64,000 bases of DNA from NCBI GenBank assembly GCA_002633005.1, contig NMRA01000016.1:95186-159185 (forward strand). Direction: 5' to 3'. How positions within the stretch are numbered: the first letter of the stretch is position 1; every line of letters starts with the position of its first letter. Made by a program: the position numbers and the translations under genes. The DNA comes from Phoronis australis (lineage: Eukaryota; Animalia; Phoronida). The notes beneath the pieces were generated by a model that saw only the letters and a list, made by a program, of their open reading frames with translations, did not search any database and was not told where the DNA came from. This document shows positions 58,201 through 64,000 of this stretch, piece after piece.

Positions 58201-61200
58201 ACAGAAAATAAAGTATATCAAACATACCAAAACCCTTCCCTCTTTTATGTAACCACAATCTTCTACCCCATACCGGTTATCTTTCGGGCTTTTGGGTTAT
58301 TTCTTGGGAGCGCGAAAACGTTGCAACTGGCTTAAACATGGTAATTTTTCATATCACACGCGTTCGCGAGCCGCGTTAAATGTCTTGAATAGACAAGTTA
58401 GTGTGTTTAGATCAGCCTTAAGACGGATTTGAACTCACGACCTCAGCGGCCGCAGGTCAACGCTTCTCTAAACACCCGTTCCTAACGCCGTAACACCATT
58501 CAAGAGTCTGTTAAATGCAAGCCGTTACATGCTTGCAGCTCACTGTAATATATTACTACATTACGTTATACACTGTAACACTCTTCAACAAGCCCACAAT
58601 GAGACGGCCTTTTTTGAGCAACGAGAACAAGTGCGAAGTCGCGAGACCTAAGAGTTCGGGAATAGCGGTACTTTCATCTGAGGCTGGCATTTTGTAAATT
58701 CGGTGCAAAATACAGATTCCCGCTAGTCTCGAAGCTGAATATAAGCCAAAATCTTGGCAACAAGAGTAAACATCTACTTCATCCTGGAGCGCACTGTAAC
58801 ACGCATGTAAGACTCGCTGAAGAGTGTTAGGGTGTATAATGTATTGTAGTAATATATTACAGTGAGCTGCAAGCATGTAACGGCTTGCATTTTATAGACT
58901 CTTGAATGGTGTTACGGCGTTTGGAATGGGTGCTCTAAAACACATGTCTGGTAAATAGCAAACTATTTAAGCGTCTTTAACTGATACATTCACCGACTTC
59001 GATTTCATCGAATGACAGGCGACCAACGGTATGATTTGTAATGAAGTCTCAAAAACAAAAAAAAAATTTGTTGTTACCCAGCATTGGTCAAACTTAATAA
59101 CTTCATATGTTTGTCCCATCCAACAATAGTCACAATAAAAAGCTTTCGGCAAAAAAACAGAGTATTCCATATCAATGAACGGTGTGTAAACTAATGTCGA
59201 CATTACAACCTTCGTAGATAAGACCAGGCGTAAGAACGTTGATAAAACGGACCCCAATGCAACAAAAGTCACGTTACACAACAAATATTGCAATAGTTAC
59301 CGCGCAATTTCGTACACGTATTACACATAGTTATTCACATACTTCCGAGTGCCAACTGTCCCCCTCAACTCACACTCTTCTCCACAGCTCAACACCAGTT
59401 ACTGTATGCCCATGGGTAAGAACGGGTTTGAGTTCTGAGATAAAACCGTGCGCCTTGAGGTTTCGTGAAAAGTGACTCACGTCTTTTGAGACAGAAAGTT
59501 GGTTTTACGGTCCCACTTAACAATTGTCAATTAAGACTAAGTCATGTAGCGATTAACACGTAACTGCATTGAAATAATTTGTACAAATCTTCTCAATATA
59601 GAACAATTGTGAACATATTCTCAGATGCTACATATGTTTGTTGAAGTGAGTTTTAATTATTTTTCATAAATAGTTATGTGGAGTGTACGACCAAATTTCT
59701 TTCATGATTATTACAAGTATGTCACTTTACAGGAAACAGACCCTGGTCCATGAAGCAATCGTAGTGGAAGTTACATACCGTTTTTTATCGACGCAAAAAC
59801 AGATACGTTAAAACTTCCCCCGTAGGCCATTTTTGGTATTTCCCTGAAGATAACCAGAGCAGACCTCATGCGAAAGTCGTTCAACGTTGACAGGTCTGCC
59901 GGCGGAGTCATTCCACATAACCTAAACAAAATGAATGTACAAGTTTAGTTAAACTGGATGAAGAAAGCCGCCCATACAAATCAGTTCATCAATATTATTC
60001 ACTTCAGCATTGCTGTCAGTTTGGTTTGTGCCTTTCACGCTCAGTATATTGTACAGTTTTGGTGCAAACACACCAATTCACATGCGCCTCAATCTTGAAC
60101 CCCAAACTCAAAAGAAGAAACGAAAATGGGGCGTGATTTTGTTTGAGTACGGAAATACCTTTTGCAAGCCACCTTGTGACAAGTATTGCAGCAATTATCG
60201 TTTTATTCCTGTCAATGTTATCTTCGCTTTTCATTTTGCAAAGTGCAGGAAGGCTCCGGTAGAACGTAATCGGATCTAAAAGAGTTCTCTTCCTTGAATG
60301 GTGACAAGACGATGCGATTTCTTCAGCGCAAACTATTGATAAGGTGCCACATGCGCACAGTTGTTTCAGTGATTCAAAAATGTCTACTGGAAATAGCTAT
60401 ATGTATATATAAATGTATTAGGATCTTCAATATTATCCACGCACTATCAAAGAAGGTCAAATAACGAACATCAATAATATTGATGAATACATTTGAGCGT
60501 GTATGGACGACTTGGAGCAGAGTTGGGGATCCGTAAGAGCAGTTCTGTAATAAATCACCTGGACTCCCAATGTCAAAAGAAGTAAACAGCGTCTTGAACG
60601 ATAGACAAGTTCCCATTTGCTCTTATGGTGGTAGGTTGTTCCGCAAATTACCGCCAAATGCACCTCATTTAGTCTTAAAACGATATAAAGCCCTATTTTG
60701 GTGACTTCAAACAATCCTCGTTCTGTCCTCTTCTTATGGACCATTGGCGTCTCACGTGAGTTATGAAACCAGGATTAAACTAAAAACACATACTGCGTCA
60801 CATGTCTATGTGTTTGGTGATGGTCGTATCCTGCAGTTGTGTACTTCGGGTAAAACGTTGTCTACGCTTGTCCGATTAGGAGACTTTGTAAGGAGACTTT
60901 CTAAAATTGCTCCAAACTTTTAAGCGTTGACGAATGTAACAGAGATTTCTCTTGTTTCAGGAAGCTATATGGTATAACCGTTGTTAACATCCATAAAAAT
61001 GACAAAAAACAAGTTTGGTACTGTATCTTTCTATTACACAATACAAGCAGCACGTTCTTCGAAACCCTTGCTTTTGGATCGTGTTTTGGAATCTTTGAGG
61101 ATAAACACTTTGTTTTGTTTTATTCCAACGAATTCATGATCCTAATATGATGAAACCACGGACTTAAAGGAGACTCTTGGATCATTGAACAGGAACATTC

Positions 61201-62774
61201 AGCACCACCAACCGATTTATTTCATTTTAATCTAATTGTCCCGGCTGGGAATTAAAGCACTTGTACATTACCGGTAATTGTACTTCTCACAAGCATTTGG
61301 GCGTATTAGTCACTCAAGTGTGCATGTGACCAACTTTGGCGCAACACTAAATGCAATTGCTTGAAAGTCATCGAAAACGCTTACTTTGGTCCTGTCTGAC
61401 CAATGAGATTGAAGCGAACCTCCACGTGGTGATCACATCCGCCGAGACCATTTAGGGAAATCTTCATGGCGGAGAAATGGATTCGTAGTACATCCGGTCC
61501 CTATTTTCAAGAAAGTGAACGGTGTAGTTTGACGTCGTACGTGTATGTGTGTTATTTTGTTTGAAGTAGACCACTTAGAATGTCTTTATAGTACTAATTT
61601 CTAGATGTTATACTCATATAAGAAGAGATTTATGAGCTTGTGAATTGCCCAGTGGTTGTTGCTGAAGGCTGAATTGACGACGACACCAATATAAATGGAA
61701 ATAGAAGGGTTCCATGATGGAGCCACATATATGCCGTTCCTGATGCCAAATTCAAACGGAAATAGAACGACTTTCCGGTAGAGTATATACATTTGGACTC
61801 CATACATCTCATGAGTAAATCAACTTTACGGTCTTCTCTGTATCCGTGATCTAATTTATATAATGCATAACGTAAAATTCTTGTTTATTATTTGTGCCTT
61901 GATCAGTACCTCCACGAAGAAGACGCATTCCCGGTTATCAGCATGTGTGGTTGACTCAGCAGACAAGTTGATAACGTCCCCGATATTTCGAAGTCTGTAT
62001 TTGCCACCGCACTCTGAGGATACAGTGGATAATTATAACATTTGACCAACATTTCATTCAATTAACCATTGCGCTAAAATAGAAAATATGTGCTGTCCAA
62101 CTGTCTATGAATTGCCGTCATACCTTTCATGTAAGCTTTATTGGAACAAATTTTGCACCCACATACGTGTTTTGTCTCATAAAATGCAGATATAAAAATG
62201 TGTCTAACACAGGTACAGTGCGTGACAGTCTTTCAACAAAATGAAAATACTACTTAAACAAATGCTGGTGAGTTAAAAGTTTGTACTGCGTATCTCTTCT
62301 GGGGGTACCAAGGGCAACCATTACAGTTAATTTTCACCAGAAGTGCATACCGTAGACGCAAGACACTCGCGAAAAGACAAGACCAGGCAAAATAACCCAA
62401 AATCAGGAGCCTGAAAAGCGAGTGTTTAACGAGTCCCATCAGGACCTCGCTCGCGCACACTGTCAAATCATCGGCTACAGACGCGGTTTGTCTAGAATGC
62501 TTGAGTATGGGTAGAGTGACATGTGCTGCATGCACTGTACTTCCATCTTCTAATTGTAAGCTGGTTTCTAGCAGCAAGAGCTTGCGATTTTCGTTCGTTT
62601 GCTGAACGGACACGTGGCTACAGTGATTACAGTCAGTCTCAGAATACTTACCATTTGGATTAGCGACAAGTTGACAGCGGCCACCATGAAAATACTGTGG
62701 ACATTTACAGAGACATCTGCCTCGGTCATCCTTGAATGGGTAGCCGCCGTTCTCACATTGCTTGGTGCAGCCTC
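40172..62774 (-). CDS. Gene B: paralog of gene A, EGF-CUB-EGF-MAM-MAM-EGF-MAM (probable astacin-like metalloprotease; protease exons would lie beyond the window)
   Basis: 18 phase-compatible GT-AG exons: 62774-62652, 62013-61910, 61500-61385, 59921-59779, 57234-57118, 56663-56572, 56281-56158, 55695-55505, 53413-53317, 53079-52982, 52417-52288, 52037-51865, 51387-51300, 50695-50573, 47411-47305, 44427-44295 or 42299-42167, 40606-40419, 40276-40172 (stop TGA). Confidence 0.9.
40419..40606 (-). CDS. Gene B exon: MAM3
   Basis: GGQEYCLSFHFLMYGSAVGSLSV...LLWRCDGQQSVNKREWRQESVTL. Confidence 0.9.
42167..42299 (-). CDS. Gene B exon: MAM3 part 2 (duplicate copy 1)
   Basis: RILRPGTSRLSRLRSAHGQFCAVLEGSSPHSLGERAVLESELVP; 133 nt, phase 0-1, bridging the flanking exons. 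Confidence 0.75.
44295..44427 (-). CDS. Gene B exon: MAM3 part 2 (duplicate copy 2)
   Basis: RILRPGTSRLSSLRSAPGQFCAVLEGSSPHSLGERAVLESELVP; intact ag / gtaagt. Confidence 0.75.
47305..47411 (-). CDS. Gene B exon: MAM3 start
   Basis: EFGLSNAITTEFELDKSNPFGIFQQSALDDFDWSIK (DDFDW); phase 1-0. Confidence 0.88.
47433..49248. mobile_element. THAP-domain foldback element, Kolobok-like
   Basis: About 290-bp inverted arms 47454-47746 / 48415-48707; outer ends TTAA|AGGC ... GCCT|TTAA; THAP coding remnant inside. Confidence 0.65.
48128..48461 (-). pseudogene. Frameshifted THAP zinc-finger (transposase N-terminus)
   Basis: MPRCCCVPECTH...LHCFTKDDTLRRTWL, frameshift, then YRVCGKHFLPSDYDRDMYAELMKVPVKQRLKKGAIPS: C2CH motif plus AVPTIF-like box. 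Confidence 0.85.
50573..50695 (-). CDS. Gene B exon: EGF-like domain 3
   Basis: GGCDHSPCRHGDEHSCVDMNDGYNFICNCPYYLTGPLCDRV; phase 1-1. Confidence 0.92.
50869..51002 (+). mobile_element. hAT-like MITE; second inverted copy at about 53510-53649
   Basis: CATTGGCGGATTTAGG ... CCTGGATCTGCCTCTG ends; internal TCAGTTCGGGAGTGCAAATGT matches ACATTCGCACTCCCGAACTAA near 53560. Confidence 0.6.
51300..51387 (-). CDS. Gene B exon: MAM2 end
   Basis: IYITATKGDNYRSDIGVDDFQLRTGLCYR. Confidence 0.9.
51865..52037 (-). CDS. Gene B exon: MAM2
   Basis: DVEMCLQFSYHMYGNTMGRLQV...LLWYKDGNKGRMWHTAKV. Confidence 0.93.
52288..52417 (-). CDS. Gene B exon: MAM2
   Basis: GHTPSSGTGPDYASSRLEYVFLEASLPTLPGDKAVLETLVSLP (TPS..TGP, EAS...GDKA.L). 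Confidence 0.9.
52982..53079 (-). CDS. Gene B exon: MAM2 start
   Basis: DVCKCDFESIGGPPCECLGQSMSGNVEWIHLIG (CDFE). Confidence 0.87.
53317..53413 (-). CDS. Gene B exon: MAM1 end
   Basis: MVFKYTRRGSKGDLALDNVTTYPGRCGLPIVI; paralogous to 36969-37071. Confidence 0.9.
54360..54510. mobile_element. Small MITE (GGCTCCGTTTCATGAAA TIR family)
   Basis: GGCTCCGATTCACGAAA ... TTTCATGAAACGGAGCC; related termini near 31561, 35730 and 54625. Confidence 0.55.
55505..55695 (-). CDS. Gene B exon: MAM1
   Basis: MNNGRCLEFHYHMYGSTMGDF...SGNQGNDW. Confidence 0.93.
55748..55850. mobile_element. About 100-bp MITE; related ends near 35310, 38059-38170 and 62350
   Basis: GTTCCGTAGACGCAAGA ... TCTTGCGTTTACAGAAC inverted ends. 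Confidence 0.6.
56158..56281 (-). CDS. Gene B exon: MAM1
   Basis: GGTVTFGTGPVGGFQSDHYAYVEASYPLKKGDIIKLGSKYL. Confidence 0.9.
56572..56663 (-). CDS. Gene B exon: MAM1 start
   Basis: VKNKKMVADFEKSFGFLENLDDDDADWRRQK. Confidence 0.9.
57118..57234 (-). CDS. Gene B exon: EGF-like domain 2
   Basis: DPCLSNPCFGASTCIYITQERTFKCECPPFFTGPRCKDP; phase 1-1. Confidence 0.92.
58473..58932. mobile_element. MITE with about 90-bp TIRs and 7-bp target-site duplication
   Basis: CACCCGTTCCTAACGCCGTAACACCATTCAAGAGTCT... near-perfectly inverted at 58841-58932; flanked by CTCTAAA at 58466-58472 and 58933-58939. Confidence 0.88.
59779..59921 (-). CDS. Gene B exon: CUB part 3
   Basis: LCGMTPPADLSTLNDFRMRSALVIFREIPKMAYGGSFNVSVFASIKN. 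Confidence 0.87.
61385..61500 (-). CDS. Gene B exon: CUB part 2
   Basis: GPDVLRIHFSAMKISLNGLGGCDHHVEVRFNLIGQTGPK. Confidence 0.88.
61910..62013 (-). CDS. Gene B exon: CUB part 1
   Basis: ECGGKYRLRNIGDVINLSAESTTHADNRECVFFVE. Confidence 0.88.
62652..62774 (-). CDS. Gene B exon: EGF-like domain 1
   Basis: GCTKQCENGGYPFKDDRGRCLCKCPQYFHGGRCQLVANPN. Confidence 0.92.
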
Positions 62775-64000
62775 CTTTAAGAGTGAACAATATACAGTTC
62801 CATCGGTACAGCTAGATACTTCATAGAAAGCAATTAGGCCTTGGGACGGCATTAATTTTGTACATGTAGTTCCAATCGTGTTTTTGGTAGTTGAAGTGCA
62901 CAGTGACATAAATGCTAACACGTGTGTTTCACCATGAAATGGGGGCAGATTTGTGTATGATATTGCAATATTTACTGGGAATTTCTCCCAGGAATGTCTT
63001 TGGAAAAATGCGGTGGACTTTCCCGGAAACGTGTGTTGGTGATCACACCGCCCTCATTTAGCTGTGGGCTTTGAAAGTGCTATGAGGAGTAAGTGGATTT
63101 AGAGAATGGAACACGGTGATCGTTGTATCGGAGACGTTATTTCTGTCTACATAAAATTTAACTTTCGATGACTTGAGTGTCACTGGAGCAGTAGTTTGTC
63201 TACATTAGAATAGTCCTGCGACGCCTCCGTTGACGAGTCACAGATATGCATGAAATATTTCAACTGGGACCAAAATTGAAAAAAAACAATAACGTTATGC
63301 CACATTTTCCTTACATCTGGCACACTCCAAAACCCAAAACTCATTCAGTTAGTGGGAATTCGTCTTATTACATCCCATGCCTATTCGTTGCGTGTTCCAT
63401 GAAGACAATAGCTCACTTGCGAGTTTCTCGTTAGTCACTGTGACGTCACCGGAAAGGGGGCAAAACCCGCCATATTGCTTGTTTTGCCCCGAGTATTTGC
63501 TACACGCTAAAACTTACTGGAGTTCTTATGGTGAATTTTACGCTTAAAACGTTAAAACAACTTAAGATATGGTAGATGGGTCATGGAATAACTGTGAATG
63601 GACGAAGAAAATGTGAACTTGTTATGTTGAGCGAAGCTGTGAACGGACTGAAATTGGAACTTAACCCGCTCTAGGCCTGAATGGCGCAGGCATACAGGGG
63701 CGATAATCCCCATAAAAAGATATTCACTTCAAAATACAGCAAATAAAATCAAATGAAACATGCATATGTGCACATGAAGTTATAATTAACACATACCCTG
63801 ACTCTGGACACAATTTAGTCTACAAATAACTTGAGCATATTCATGAAAACCTCGCGGTTCTCTCGAGTTTCTCTCACTAGCCGCCATTTTGAGGAAGTTA
63901 CGTGAAATCACGCCTGTTGACGAACAAAAAGTCCAAGGGACACAAATCTTACAAATTTCACTTGATATTTTCTCATGCTATTTTGCAAGTGTCACGCGCC

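Noticed and set aside
60560-60680. Minus-strand NNLPP...SFKTL resembling a LINE ORF2 C-terminus
   Set aside because: Too degenerate and isolated to call
62775-64000. Astacin-domain exons of gene B
   Set aside because: No matching exon found on the minus strand in the last 1.2 kb; protease status of gene B is inferred from paralogy only

Overview
Eukaryotic, AT-rich, intron- and repeat-rich animal DNA (marine-invertebrate-like; species cannot be determined), so most entries in the ORF track are spurious or are exons read into flanking intron. Reading GT-AG sites by hand gives two convergent (tail-to-tail) paralogous multi-exon genes. Gene A (+ strand, 10069-38970, 17 phase-compatible exons, about 672 aa, signal/propeptide exons not located) encodes an astacin (M12A) zinc metalloprotease: RFKR activation site - astacin (HEVLHALGLVHE, SLMHY) - EGF - CUB - EGF - EGF - MAM - 11-nt microexon - putative GPI-anchor tail. 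Gene B (- strand, 62774-40172, 18 exons, about 750 aa visible, 5' part beyond the window) has EGF - CUB - EGF - MAM - MAM - EGF - MAM with no membrane anchor and shares intron positions with gene A. Introns carry three decayed LINE reverse-transcriptase copies, tRNA-derived SINEs, many MITE/foldback elements, a THAP-containing foldback (Kolobok-like) element, a palindromic TATCGATA minisatellite and a 2.1-kb tandem duplication joined by a single N that duplicates one coding exon; a HERO-like endonuclease fragment lies upstream of gene A. No prokaryote-style system, CRISPR array or rRNA is present. The best candidates for new biology are a microexon that could switch gene A between anchored and soluble forms, and the duplicated exon in gene B (mutually exclusive exons versus assembly artefact).
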